A DNA stretch of 64,000 nucleotides from Syncephalis fuscata S228. Its lineage: Eukaryota > Fungi > Zoopagomycota. How positions within the stretch are numbered: the first letter of the stretch is position 1; the number at the start of each line of letters is the position of its first letter. Below the pieces are notes generated by a model. That model was not told where the DNA came from. It did not search any database and was given only the letters and a program-made list of their open reading frames with translations. Positions 13,202 to 30,961 of this stretch are shown piece after piece. The position numbers and the translations under genes were made by a program. The DNA is taken from the NCBI GenBank assembly GCA_025786725.1, contig JAHLTZ010000022.1, positions 310,001 through 374,000 of the forward strand. The letters are read 5' to 3'.

Positions 13202-14283
13202 TTAAACCTTTAGTACCAAGTTGGGGTGCTTCTTCTTAGCCATTTCTATCCCTGCATTTATGTTATCAGCTTGACCAGCTTGCTTGTATAGAACTCCTAG
13301 TGTACTCAGAAGTTGGATGTTGTATTCATTGATTGCTTTGGCTTTATTTGCTACATCTTTGATTAAAGTCGGTTTAACATTGTTTGAATGGTTTCTGTAA
13401 AATAAAGTTTTTTCTTTAGTAATATAGAAGCCTAAATCAAATCATTAATGTTAATGTGCTGTACAATAAAGTGTAATTAGACTTACTTTTGCCGATTTTA
13501 GCGGGAAGCCAGCCTACTTCAAGTATGTAAGATAAACCTAATTGATACTAAGTTAATAATGCTCATTCTAATTGCGCGCGTATCTACCTTCTGAAATCTG
13601 CTTAATATAGTTCTTTGCTAATTCAGGTGTTAATGCGCCATCTGTGGCACTGAAATCAATCAGATTAGTAATTGAAACAGCAAAAGTGGCCATAAAGCAT
13701 TCATAGCTCTTATAGACGCCATTCGGAACTATACGCTTTATAGGAACAGAAGCATATTTAGTGCCCTGTTTAATTGTTTTATCTGTTGAGAAAGCGTATA
13801 GGCATCCTATTGTTTAATTTGAATACACTAGCAACAACATAACAACGTATATATACATATAACTATACCTTATAGAACATGAATTCTTCATCGATCATGC
13901 CTTCCTTTCCACACGAGAATTTAAAAACTTGCTCATTTAGTTCTGCCCATGCACTAGGCGATTCACCCTCATCACCGCTCGCACGCACAATTTTGAGACC
14001 TTCTATGCCGAATGCACCGGGCACATTTAATTTATAGCCAAAAAATTGTCGACCTATAGATAGTTTTAAAGTTCAGATAAAATATCAAATATAGATTAGT
14101 ATTGCCTATTAGTCTCACTAAGATCAATTTGAAGGCATAGCCGCCCTAATATTGTATCGTACCGTCAAATGGCATGCTAGCTTGAGTAACGGGACTTGAA
14201 ATTGCGGCAACATCTTGGCTAACGGATACTAATGCCAAAGTGGCAATCAAAGCAACGAAAGACTTGGAGTTGGGGAGCATCAT
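13202..14283 (-). CDS. Secreted, highly divergent kinase-like (pseudokinase) protein, ~5-6 exons, one apparent frameshift
   Basis: Signal peptide MMLPNSKSFVALIATLALVSVSQDVAA; later NYIKQISEGLSYILEVGWLP resembles kinase helix E; no HRD or DFG motif. Confidence 0.55.
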
Positions 14284-14936
14284 GATAACTTCTAGTCAAT
14301 TGACAATGGTAGCTGACAAGGGTTTGGATGTAAAAATAATATTCGTAAAAATATTGCTGAAGATAGCAGTTGAAACGGAGCGTGGGGTAAATATATTGGA
14401 AAATAGACGATTGAACTATGAGCATTTTATAGTAAATTCAATGAGTGTAACTGATGAATTAGCATAAAAATACTAGTGGTGTATTAGATACAAGAAAGTT
14501 GAGTTTGAGACTGCTACAATGTTATCCGTAACTTAAAAAGGTAATCTACACATGTATTATAAAACTAAACAAGCTTGAAACTGGCATAGTGCTGCCCGTT
14601 GCTCAAAAAGACATTCTAAGGATGTATAGTAAAATAATCGAGTTTGAAATAGCTGCAGATAAATATAAGTTTCAATTCTAGATGGTTTAATTGCCAAACG
14701 ATTTGCATATAGTTTATTGAATTACAATTTGGCAATATTCTAATAAATACTCAAGCATTGAAACCATTTGCACACAGCTATATTCAATATTAATAGTGAA
14801 TAAAATTAGTTAGTATTGAGTTGAGTGCACAATATTTGTAACAGAGTCATTTCCAGCAAAGATCATACCACAGCACATCATTATTTAATATTTGTTTCTA
14901 TTATTTGCTATTACTATTATTACTGTTATTATTGTC

Positions 14937-16411
14937 ATGTCACTCTACGCGCAATTAGCCACTCTAGCTCATCAGCCACCAAGTGAAGAGCTATTCGATA
15001 GCTTAATAGCCTTGTATCGGTAAGTAATCTGCACTTGTCTACTGTCTACTAAGACAAGCCGACTAGTTCCACTGCCAATACATTTCGTACACAGCCAGCC
15101 GCATCTCTGGGTCTATTGCGTGTCTGTGCGCGGCGTGTTGATACGATCGCACGCTTAGTATGTTGTAAATATAGCCACAATAGACATGAATCTAATCAAA
15201 GACGCGACAATTAGGTAGACGCACAAACGGGCAACAAGCGCTGTCACGAACGATGGACGCAGGAAGCCTCCAATTTGTTTAACTTTGCTGCACTGTAAGT
15301 TACGATACAGCTATTTACTAGCCAGTATTAAAATGGCGTTTAGTCGCGAGGAAGGTAATAGTGCATTATTGCTACTCGCAGGTCTACTATTGCAGATTTA
15401 TTTCCGAGTAAGATACAGTTTTACAGTAATGATTAATAGAGAATAGGATCATTAATGCTGTACCAGTTAAAAATGTTTAAATCTTGTGATCGTATTGTAT
15501 CGGCCGTCGAGAGTGCAAATGTTTCTATGGACAAATTTCCTCGATCTGAGCGTATCATGTACCAGTACTATTACGGACGCTACTTACTTAACCAGCATCG
15601 AGTTAACGAGGTATTTATTAATGGGCTGTATATTATTAGGATATAGCTGTTTATCATGTTAAAATAGGCTGTTGATACATTACAGAATGCATTTCTACGA
15701 TGCAGTAGACATGCTTTTAAAAATAAGCGGTAAATAATCATACATTGTTTTCTTATGCTACGTTTTTGTATTAACTTTGTTATAACTAGACGTATTCTTA
15801 TATATCTTATGGTTGCTGCTATGCTGACAGATAGATTACCTTCACCGACGCTGCTGGTCAAGTATCAGTTAGATGCGCCATTTATCAATCTTATACGCGA
15901 AATGCGTCGTGGTAATCTAGCAGGTTATTTTCGTGAACTAGCCACTTATAGCGCATGGCATACAAATTACGGCAATTTAATGTTGTTGCATCAACGAGGT
16001 ATGGTTATGGTGTATCGTTATTTGTTTAGACGAGTGTAGGTTCTAGTAGCGTATTTAAATGATAGCGTAGATCTCTTATAGCAATAATTACAAATAGATA
16101 TGTATTGCAAGGGTTGTCCAATGTGGATAAGCCGCGTCTTTTGCTCAACGATCTCGTTACTGCCTGTGCATTATCGGTGGGAAAACCAGTAGAGCCAGAG
16201 CATGACGAAGATGAGGTTATATTTCTAATTGCTTCTATGATCCAAAGTGTAAGTACTAACTACTAAACTATAGAATAGTATACTTATTAAAGAAATAATG
16301 CTACATATTGAATAGAAATATATACGTGGCTATATATCAATTACACATAGACTGCTAATTACTGCACGTGGTTCTGCCGAGGCGGCATTTCCACCAATTC
16401 GATCCCGTTAA
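14937..16411 (+). CDS. PCI-domain protein (PCID2/Thp1/Csn12 family), multi-exon
   Basis: LLLQIYFR, FPRSERIMYQYYYGRYLL, AFKNKR|RILIYL, LIASMIQ|KYIRGYIS...AAFP. Confidence 0.8.
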
Positions 16412-16510
16412 TGCTATTCAAAGCAATAAATGATTTGTGATTTATTAATGCATATAGGATACTAGCAGTAATATTGGTAATAGTTATAATAAAAATAGTC
16501 AAGTGACGTA

Positions 16511-17824
16511 TTAAATATCCTTCATAATGGTATCCATTTCTACGCTGTTATTATCCACTTGTTCTGGTGAAGGGGTCGAAATACGTAATCGATTTAGAAT
16601 ATCGGGCACATCTGTTTCACGGAATGTATCCCATACATTATACAGATTCAATAATTGCTGTGCCACTTCTGCCACTTTATCAAGCGGTGTTGAAATGCCC
16701 GCAAACCATTGTTTTAACCGATCTGATAATGATGAAGGCAGTGTATCGGCTAGATGGTTGCCACTACCACCACTCGTATTAGATGAACCGAGTCATCTGG
16801 CTGCAGTGTACACGTAAGATAAAGTGCGGCCAGTGTAATAACATGTGGCGGATAACGCAGACAAACATCGATTCTAAAACTATCATTAATAACGAACCTA
16901 GTAGAAATTGTATTAATATTAGTAATTAAGTAATTAAGTAATTAGTGAATTAATGAGTCTATCATTTGACATACCATGCCGTTTGCATACTTGATGGTGG
17001 GAGATGTAACTCATCACATAATCTAACCATATATACATTATAAATATACAAATTGCATTATTAATTAGTTTATACAATTTACCGTGTTAATAGTTCATAA
17101 GGCTGATAAAGAACCATATAAAAGTCCATCTCTTCAAGTATATATATTTCTAATTCAGCAATGTCGGCCGAACTGTATGGAAATCGTGTTGGTATTGTTT
17201 TACCATCCACTTCTGTAGTTGTCAACTGAGAATCTATATTATAATCGACATTGATATCATTTAATTCATTTCATTGATCTATTGTATTTAACCTACGTTT
17301 TAAATACTCCCGCATTTCATTAACAAATGTACGCAAGTGATGGGGTGTTTCTTCAACTTTTGCCGCCAAATAAAGACACGTACAAGCGATAGGATACGCA
17401 TCGGTATTTCGATAAGCATTACTAGTCATGTTATTGCCAAATCATATCCAATGTAGTCACTACTTACTTTGCATAGTATCGCTGGAAATATGTCATTGCT
17501 GTAGCCAGTACACGTTGGCGCAATAGCATCCGTTTGCCAATATTCTGTATAACTATAGAATAACCAGTCTACGTAAGCATTATAGTTACACTGCTACATC
17601 ACGACACCTATTACCATTAGTATAGTGGAGCGTAAGTTTGATACGCTCTGGCCAACTAATATACGCCAGGTCGTGTTCCGGACCTGGCAATCTAGCAGTA
17701 GTTGGTATTAACCATCGCTGACTAAAACAAAACACAAGTACCAAAGTAAACAACACGCATATCCAAATAGCGTTACTATACTATCTGCTTACTACTGTGA
17801 CGATGACCAGTAAGAGGCCGCCAT
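16511..17824 (-). CDS. SSN8: Cyclin C (Mediator kinase module), multi-exon
   Basis: MAASYWSSSQ, IGKRMLLRQRVLATAMTYFQRYY, IACTCLYLAAKVEETPHHLR, IAELEIYILEEMDFYMVLYQPY. Confidence 0.9.
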
Positions 17825-18039
17825 AGTTGCACTATGCGCTAGGGCCAACAACGACTATAGTTATGACCACGCGTATCAACTATCCAACTATTAAACTCCA
17901 GTTAACGAGTATGGCTGTATAAAAACGAAGGTGTTTTAAGTGGTAAAAGTGAAAGCTATTGATCATAGCTTAATTTCGATATTAAACTGTCCATCAGTTT
18001 TTAGTACTGAGAATTGTTATTTGTTGAAGCAGTGCTACG

Positions 18040-18740
18040 TCAACTCTATTTGAATTAGTTGAAGTTGAGCCAGTCCGCACTATTTTCAATATCAAAATAG
18101 ATATCAGATAGTATTTCATGTTACTTACAATAAAATATAATAAATAAATAAAGGCTAATCCACATTATTGTTATTATAAAGTATTCAAAGCATTATAGTT
18201 TGTTGATTGATGTTATTTATTATCCACCATCATGTTCAATAAATTGGATATTATTAAAGTAACCATTTTAATTACAAATCATACTAAATGACTAATATAT
18301 TTAATTAAATTGTATAATAGTGTTAAATGACACACAATATTTTATACAATGATATATTTTGTTTAACTTAATTAACAAGTATTAAAATTAAAAGTTAAAA
18401 ATGAAATGGTACATAGCATGTATATATTAGTACAATAACACTAACACAATTAAACAAAACAATTAACTAAATAATTATTGACATCATTGCTAAAAAGCTA
18501 ACATGGTTGTAATTGTAGTGAATGTAACTCATTGTAATATGTTAGTATTCAATCAATCTTTCTACACATAACCAACAACAACAATAATGACCAACCTCAA
18601 CCATTCCAAAGAAATCAATTTATTAATAACATTTTAATAAAAAGTAATATAATTGTGATGTGTATAACAACAGTGACATGACTTCAATTGGAACTAATTC
18701 TACTTTGGGGATTCAAAATAGAGGACACAAAGTAAATGTT
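18040..18740 (+). repeat. AT-rich dispersed repeat family, longest local copy (probable non-autonomous element)
   Basis: Colinear with 51420-52300, sharing e.g. gtacatagcatgtatatattagt; reverse-complement matches at ~40790-41260, ~46370-46760, ~47080-47230, ~57540-57790. Boundaries approximate. Confidence 0.75.
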
Positions 18741-19304
18741 ATCACTTTTATTACCATTACTATTACTTATTGCTTCTATCGCTGTTTCTCATCTTTCCCA
18801 TTTAACATTTACTGTTTTTTCTCCACGCCTTCATCTTTTATTCCCGACAGACGCAAAGGCAGCTACAATAACGCTCTAGAAGTGTTGGGTTTGTGGGTAA
18901 GTAGCGGTGTTGACCCACTATTTATTTCTCCGCTTATACGTTCTATAACTTGTACTTTTCAGTTTCATCTATTGAGCGTCATCTATCAATCCTGCTCTCT
19001 CTACTGTTTACAGCCATCTTCTTTCGCTCTTTTCCCTATTTCTTTGTTATTTAGTTGGTTAGTGCCTGGTTGTTGTTAGGTAAGTGGCCGGCTAGAACGA
19101 CCAGCTGATAGATAGGTTCAATCGTTGTAACACGCGATTATGCCTGTGGACACTCGTTGTGCTGTTGGCACACACACGCACACACGCACACACACACTTG
19201 TTTCATCATAATAGACGGCTAACCAGTAGTTACTAGGTTGTTTTTTTAACCTACACCGTTTTTTGGTTTTAGAATCACTATAATTTAACAGTGTAACTAT
19301 TACC

Positions 19305-23350
<4,046 letters not shown>

Positions 23351-23639
23351 TGCAAATAGCTATGAGCGATAACACCTAAATTCACACACACACACACATT
23401 TAAATACGCACACAACTAAATACACACATATCTAAATACACACGCAATTAAACACATGTGTGTGTGTTCTATTCAATAATAAAGCAATATGAATTTATTA
23501 CGTCATAACACATTTATGAATCCCATGTGATAACTGATAAGAGGAAAGACTTACGGGTTTAAGGAGATATAGATCTTCCATTTGCCACATATAGCGCATT
23601 ATTGCTCTTCTTTTCTTTTCAATACTATACTTTATTGCA

Positions 23640-26065
23640 ATGTGGCGTCATACTCGTACTTTGACCGGTCGACGCTGGCCCTTGATACTAGCAGGTACCG
23701 CGACAGCAACCTGGATGACTTATCGTTGGTCATCTCAACGAGAATCTACTACCTCTACCACTCCTTCTAATAATAACAACAATAATAATACTTCAAGGGC
23801 CTTGACCCATTTAAGCTCGTTAGAAACGCCCAGTTTATTTGAACGTGTTAAATCGGCTGTGACTGCAAATACTCAATTATCGTCAATGACAGCCTATGCC
23901 GATACACCAGTGGACGCGGCACCAGTAGCTGAGAATTGGCGTCCACCAACACGCGACGCCATGTTAGACCGACTACGACAAAGTGGTCAACCTAACGAGG
24001 CACCCTTTGATCTATTGGTCGTAGGTGGTGGTGCTACCGGTACTGGTGTGTTACTTGATGCTGCACTACGTGGACTTAATGTGGCGCTAGTTGAAAAGGA
24101 TGACTTTTCATCAGGTATGTATGATCGATAAAGAAGTAATTCGATAATAAGTTATTGATCATTATGGCAACTTTAAGGCACATCTTCTCGTTCAACAAAA
24201 TTGGTTCACGGTGGTGTGCGTTATTTGGAAAAGGCATTTATGGAACTTGATTATGAGCAGTATAAGCTTGTACGAGAAGCATTGCATGAACGTTCAGTCT
24301 TTTTACATATTGCACCATTCCTTAGTAATGAGCTGCCTATTATGCTGCCTCTTTACAAGTAGGTTGAACAAATATGCTTACATCAATGAAACAGATACTA
24401 ATGAATATTTGGTAGATGGTGGCAAGTACCATATTACTGGGCCGGTTGTAAAGCATATGATATGCTTGCTGGCAAAGAGAATATGGAACGAAGCTATTTT
24501 CTTACAAGACGTCGTGCTCTAGAGGCATTTCCTATGTTGAAGAAAGATGAGCTTGTTGGCGCATTGGTTTATTACGATGGCAAGTACATATGTATATAAT
24601 GGTTATAACTATATACTAATTGTAATATAGGTCAGCATAATGATGCTCGTATGAATGTAGCATTGGCTATGACCGCTGTTGCTCATGGTGCAACTGCAGC
24701 TAATCACGTAGAAGTAATGGATTTAGTTAAAGAAAAGAACGATCAAGGAGAAGAGGTGATTTGCGGTGCTGTAGTTCGTGATACATTAACTGGTAATAGT
24801 TGGACAGTTAAAGCCAAGGTAAATTAATAATGCTAGTATTATAATATAAACAATAATTTGTTTATTATTTAGGGAGTTGTTAATGCCACAGGTCCATTTA
24901 TTGGTAATAACAATAATAATAACAAAATACAATACAATACAAATACAAATGTAAATACTAATATAAATACTAATAATATAACTAGATGGATTACGTAAAA
25001 TGGATGAAGTCACAGCCAATGATATTGTCGTACCCAGTGCTGGTGTTCATATTATTCTACCAAATTACTATGCACCAGCCAATATGGGTCTAATTGATCC
25101 AAGTACAAGTGATGGTCGAGTTATCTTCTTTTTACCATGGCAAGGCAATACTATTGCTGGAACAACAGGTAATAACAATCTATTAATGATAATAACTAGA
25201 TATCTAATATAAATACTGTGACAGATTCACCGACTGATGTAACAGATAATCCTATGCCGCAAGAAGACGAAATTCAATGGATCCTTGATGAAGTTCAGCA
25301 TTATCTTAGTGAAGATGTTCAAGTACGTCGTGGTGATGTGTTGGCTGCTTGGTCAGGCATTCGTCCATTGGTACGTGATCCACGTGCCCACAATACTTCT
25401 GAATTAGTGCGCAGTCATATGCTTAATGTATCATCCGACAAGCTACTTACTATTGCCGGTGGTAAATGGACCACCTATCGACACATGGCCTCTGAAACTA
25501 TCGATGAAGCCATTCGAGTATTTAATTTAAAGCCTCAAGGACCATGTGTCACTGAGCATACACGCTTACTTGGATCACACGACTATTCACCGACCATGTT
25601 TATTCGTCTTATCCAAAAGTTTGGACTTGAGACGGATGTAGCAAAGCATTTGGCCACTTCTTATGGTGATCGGGCCTTTGTGGTTGGTTCCATGGCCACA
25701 TTAACCGGTCGACGCTGGCCACGAGTAGGCGAGCGTATTGCTACTGGCTATCCATACATCGAGGCCGAGGTCCGATATGCTGTTAACTACGAATATGCAT
25801 GCACTGCGGTGGTAAGTCAATAGTAGCATTTATAATATTTATAATAACATTTATACGTGTTTGCTATCACTAGGATGTATTGAGTCGACGCACACGTTTG
25901 GCCTTTTTAAATGCTCGTGCTGCCCATGAAGCATTACCACGTGTCGTTGAGATTATGTCCAAAGAATTAGGCTGGGATAAGAAACGATGCCGTGAAGAGA
26001 TTGAACAAGGCGAGAAGTTTCTACTTTACATGGGATATTCAAAGGATGAGCAGGCCGCCGCTTAA
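23640..26065 (+). CDS. GUT2: Mitochondrial FAD-dependent glycerol-3-phosphate dehydrogenase
   Basis: FDLLVVGGGATG, GTSSRSTKLVHGGVRYLEKA, IAGGKWTTYRHMA, SRRTRLAFLN. Confidence 0.96.
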
Positions 26066-26211
26066 TATAGCCAGCACGTCATTATAACAATGGATATTCT
26101 TTGTTTCTTTTTCAAAGTTATTATGTTTATTCAATTATGCGGCTAAATGGCTGTTTTTACTCTTCTTTCTCTCCCTCTTTAAACGGCCCGCACATAAACA
26201 CGCCGCTACAC

Positions 26212-28852
26212 TTAGACTTTAGGCTGATCTTGCCATGCGAACGCCTAGTGTTGATGTCAAATGATAAGTCATAGTCAGTTATACATTGGTCGTGTCGCGA
26301 TAGTATAGTTTATTAACAACACTTACCAATTTACCAGTGGCATCGCCATTGCGAATTAAAATATTAATGACACTAATTCGTTCTGTTTCGAGAAGTGCCG
26401 ACTTGACGGCCGCTGTAATTTCGTCTTTAGTGCGGCAGAGATAGCCACGACCATTAAAAGCGTCGGCCATCAATTCGTAACGTGCATCTGGCAATAGTGT
26501 AAACGACGGAATATACGACGCTTGTTCGATGGTATTCGTGTAGTCCTCTTTGTTGAGGCCATAATAGATGCCGTTATTATTAACTACAACAATAATTAAT
26601 GGTAATCGGTACCGTGCTGCCGTCTCTAATTCCATTGCACTAATGATAGGGCAATGCAATGTAACAATCGTGTATAAGTATAGGTAGAATGAATTGATGG
26701 GTGGGCTGTAGTGCAACTAATTACCTGAAACCAAATGCTGAATCACCGACAATGGCCACGACACGTCGATCAGGATGTAATAGTTGTGCTGTTACGGCGT
26801 GTTAATAGTGTGTATTTGTATTAATGCTGTACTACTTACCAGCAATGGCATAGCCCATAGATGGACCCATAGTGCCCATTGTACCTAATGATATCATTAT
26901 TAGTGTAACAAATTATAATAACTGCATTGTAATGCTTACCAGCATCGAGACGACTACGTGCATGACGAATAGGGAATAGACTACGTGAAATGTCCATAGT
27001 ATTAGCGCCCTCTGATACAATAAAGGCATCATCAGGTAGAAGAGTACGAATTGTATCAAATGTTGGATAATAGTCTAATGGCAAACTATCTTCGGCGATG
27101 CGCTTTTGCATTACTATTTCGTTGGCCTTGATCTTCTGTTGCAAAGCTTCTAAATAGTCTGGTGATGGGATGGGTACTGCACTAGAGGCACGATATGGTT
27201 GTAGTGCACTGATTAACTGGCGTAATACTGGTCGAAGATGACCGACCAGTGGCACGTCAATAGATTGTGCCTGACCTATTAATAAAGATATAAGATGCTG
27301 TATAAAATGTATATCGAATGTGTTAATGCTTACCCATTTCTTCTGGTGAAATGTCAACTTGAATCCATTTAACATCAGTAGAAAAGCGAGGTGCACGACC
27401 ATAGTGGAGAATCCAATTGAGTCTAAGCATTATATTGTTAATAAAGATAAAGCAAAGTATAGATTATCTACCTAGCACCCAATAGTAAAACCACGTCAGC
27501 TTGTTTAAGAGCCAGAGAACGAGCAGCAGAGATACAATTTGGATCATCATCGGAAATAACACCTTTGCCCTTAAGCAGTAGTTAATAAATAGTGTACTCA
27601 TAGCTGACACGTATTACTTACCATTGGTGTGGGCAATACGGGAATACCTGTAAGATCAACCAGTGTTTTGACTTCAGCCTCGACTTGAGCATAATTGGCA
27701 CTAGATAATAAATAATGTCGAAATGTGAATATATAATACTAAATAAATGGTCGTCAATACTTACCCTTTGCCAACAATAATTAGTGGTCGTTTAGCCGAT
27801 AACAACAGTTGGGCTGCATCATTGATCAAATCGGGATTGGCTGCAAATTCATAGCAGCTAGGTGGTCGACAATTGCATAGGAAATGGTTTCAGCTGGTAC
27901 ATGTTCTTGAATAATATCTGCTGGCTATATATATATATAATTACATGGTTAGTATAGATAGAAGTAGACGCTAATGTATTTCACCTACCAAGTCAACATA
28001 GGTAGCACCAGGACGTCCTTGAATTGCCAGATCAAATGCACGGGTAAGTACATTGGGAATGTCGGCATGATTAATTGGTTGCTTGGCATATTTAGTATGA
28101 GGTTCACATAGCGCAACTTGATCCAAATCTTGGAATCCACCTCGGCCCATCTAATACAATAAAGATATTTAGTTAGTAATGTTATCGTTGATGTTATATT
28201 AATAATTACCATGTTTCTTTCGGTTGATCCAGCGATAACTACCAATGGCTGTGGTTGATTTGTTAAATATATTAGATGCTAAATAACTATACACTTAAAT
28301 AAATGGTCTAGTGCTTACCCAGCAGTTTTCCTACAACACTTAAGTATTAGCAATCAACTATAACCATAAAACAGTTACTTACGCGAGCATTAAAGATACC
28401 GGCCAATGCTAAATAAACATTATTAGCTATGACATCAATAATGAGTATTTATATGATTTACCATGAACAGCACCGGGTCCTGAAACAACAAGACAAACCT
28501 ATATCGAATTTTAATGTGTTAGAATAAATATCAACGATGACGTCTATCTTACTATCTATTTACTTACACCAGGCTGGCCCGTCAGATATCCTATATAATA
28601 AAGTTGTAATTTGTAATTTGTTTGTTTTAATTGTTTACATTGGCTAGTTATTGAATGGCATAGTCACTTACCCCAAGCACTGGCCGCGTAACTAGCTGCT
28701 TGTTCGTTACGGAAGCCAATAAAGCGGATACCGTCCTTTTGACAAGCTTCGGCCACTTCGAGAACTGGAATGCCAACGATACCGAAAATCACCGTAACGC
28801 CCAATTGCTTCAAAGAATGCGCGATAATATGAGCTCCGTCGAGTGTAGTCAT
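26212..28852 (-). CDS. HACL1: TPP-dependent 2-hydroxyacyl-CoA lyase / oxalyl-CoA decarboxylase family protein, many short exons
   Basis: FGIVGIPV...[46 protein letters not shown]|[13 protein letters not shown]...NNNGIY. Confidence 0.9.
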
Positions 28853-29295
28853 TTTGGCAGGTGTTAGTAAAAATCAACTAGAGTAGAGTAAATAGTCAAC
28901 AGAGAGTAGTAGAGGTGGTGGTAGTGGTAGTAGTGCTAGTAGCAAATAAAGGCAAGTTAATACAATAATGTTCAACTGATGGTCAATTTCTAGTATGTTT
29001 TTATAATGGTTTATTTGAGAGTATCACAGATATACGCACATGTATACCGTTATCATTGCTATAATGATATCGTCTTCCTCATCAGGCAATTGGTATGTTG
29101 ATCAGGTTTGAGCAACTTTACAAGTTTGAAATAGTGATTTATTTTGAGATGTGACAGTATCTATTTGCAGCGTGATAGCAACCCGTAACATGGTCACATC
29201 CCTGAAGCATGCCACTCTCCTTTCCCGTTTTCAACCGATGTTTTATAATGGAATTATTATTAACAACGTCGATAAAATGCCAATTTACTAAATAA

Positions 29296-30006
29296 TCAGT
29301 CAAAAATATCTCCCGTTGCGACTCCACCCGGAGGCACACGACCCGACCGTTCCAATTCCTCTTGCATCGCCCGTGCCTTTGCAACAAACTTGGTATGGCG
29401 TCCTTGAGCTAATAGTCGGGTGCCGGATGTAATATCCACCGTGGTAAATGCCAACGATTTACCAATCTTCGTACAACGAGAGTCCTAATCAGCATAATGT
29501 TATATACCGGCCAAACCGATATTTATAACAAATGTATCAGTGCGTTAGATAGTCGTGGCGAGAACAACACCTACAATGGTGATAACCTCGTTGATGGCGG
29601 AACCGTTTAGATAGCTAACGCTAATATCGGTCGATACACCGGTGATGTAGTTGCCCGTGCTAGCGATGGCCAACGAGCCACCAATGTCGACAAGTGCAGC
29701 GATCATCCCACCGTGTAAGCTGTCAACTCGATTCTAAATCATGGTTATTAAAATAAAAATATAATTATAAATGTGTATTACCAAATGTCGTTCTTCAATT
29801 TTCATTGTACAAATAGCGCGTCCTGGCTCGGCCTCGACAACTTGAAGCTATTTAATACGTGAATTAAAGCGCTATCAGTTATTATTGCTATTACATGCTT
29901 GCTTTTAACTTACATTATTGGCAACATGACCCTCAAATCCACTGGGTCGACGTAATAATTGCAATGAACGCTGCACAAAATCAAGAGTGTTTTTGGCGAC
30001 AGACAT
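29296..30006 (-). CDS. Second ACOT13/PaaI-type thioesterase, 4 exons (missed by the ORF track)
   Basis: NRVDSLHGGMIAALVDIGGSLAIA...GVSTDISVSYL...KIGKSLAFTTVD...AQGRHTKF; same intron positions as the 4780-5434 gene. Confidence 0.88.
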
Positions 30007-30961
30007 TACTGCTAGTGGCCAATTAGCTACGAATTGCTTGCAAATAAGAACAATAAATGACGGGAAGACAAGAAAGTGCGTGCGTGGAAAAGTACGTGTA
30101 TAACTCAGCTTTTAGTCATTTGATTTTATTACTATATCTGTATATTTATTGCCTGTTACCAATTAAATAAAGACAAAATTTCTCACATTTATTAGCTATT
30201 GTTACAACACCAGTAGTGCGATGATGTAACATTGATCAAATAATAATTAAGAAGAGAGTATACAAATAGCTTAACCAGCTGTTTTAATATTATTCAGTAA
30301 ATAATTGCTATCAATATCAAATGACTTTAACATACAAATATAGCTTAAATTAGCAGGTTTATAACAGAAGCTGCATTTAAATTTAAGGTTTGTTGCATTT
30401 ATTGTACCTAACGTTTTCTCACCCTACCCATTTTATGCCATGTAGCTCCTATTAGAGTTCCAATAGTATTGTAAATACGTTATAATGGCATTTCAATAAC
30501 AATAAATTCCATTTATTGCTTCAATTTTATTTAGTTTACTGTCAGGATTTATACAATTGCAATTTCTGTTATAAACCTGCTAATTTAAGCTATATTTGTA
30601 TGTTAAAGTCATTTGATATTGATAGCAATTATTTACTGAATAATATTAAAACAGTTGGTTAAGCTATTTGTATACTCTCTTCTTAATTAGTTATTAGCAG
30701 CTCTATTTAATTATTGCACTGTCAATGTAATATTTTGAGCACACGTGTTGAATATCCTGTTTGATGATCTAAAATAGTATCTAGTGCATGCTAACATTCT
30801 TTTATGGTATTCTATCATATAAACTTAGGAGCACATGCTAAGTATTTATTCAAAGTATTTGCATTTTATATACAGCGTTTTAGTTTTATTTGTTTTTTGT
30901 CAACGTTTTTGCATCTAATTAAATTATCCAATTATTTTCATTACGACAGCTATTTATAACA

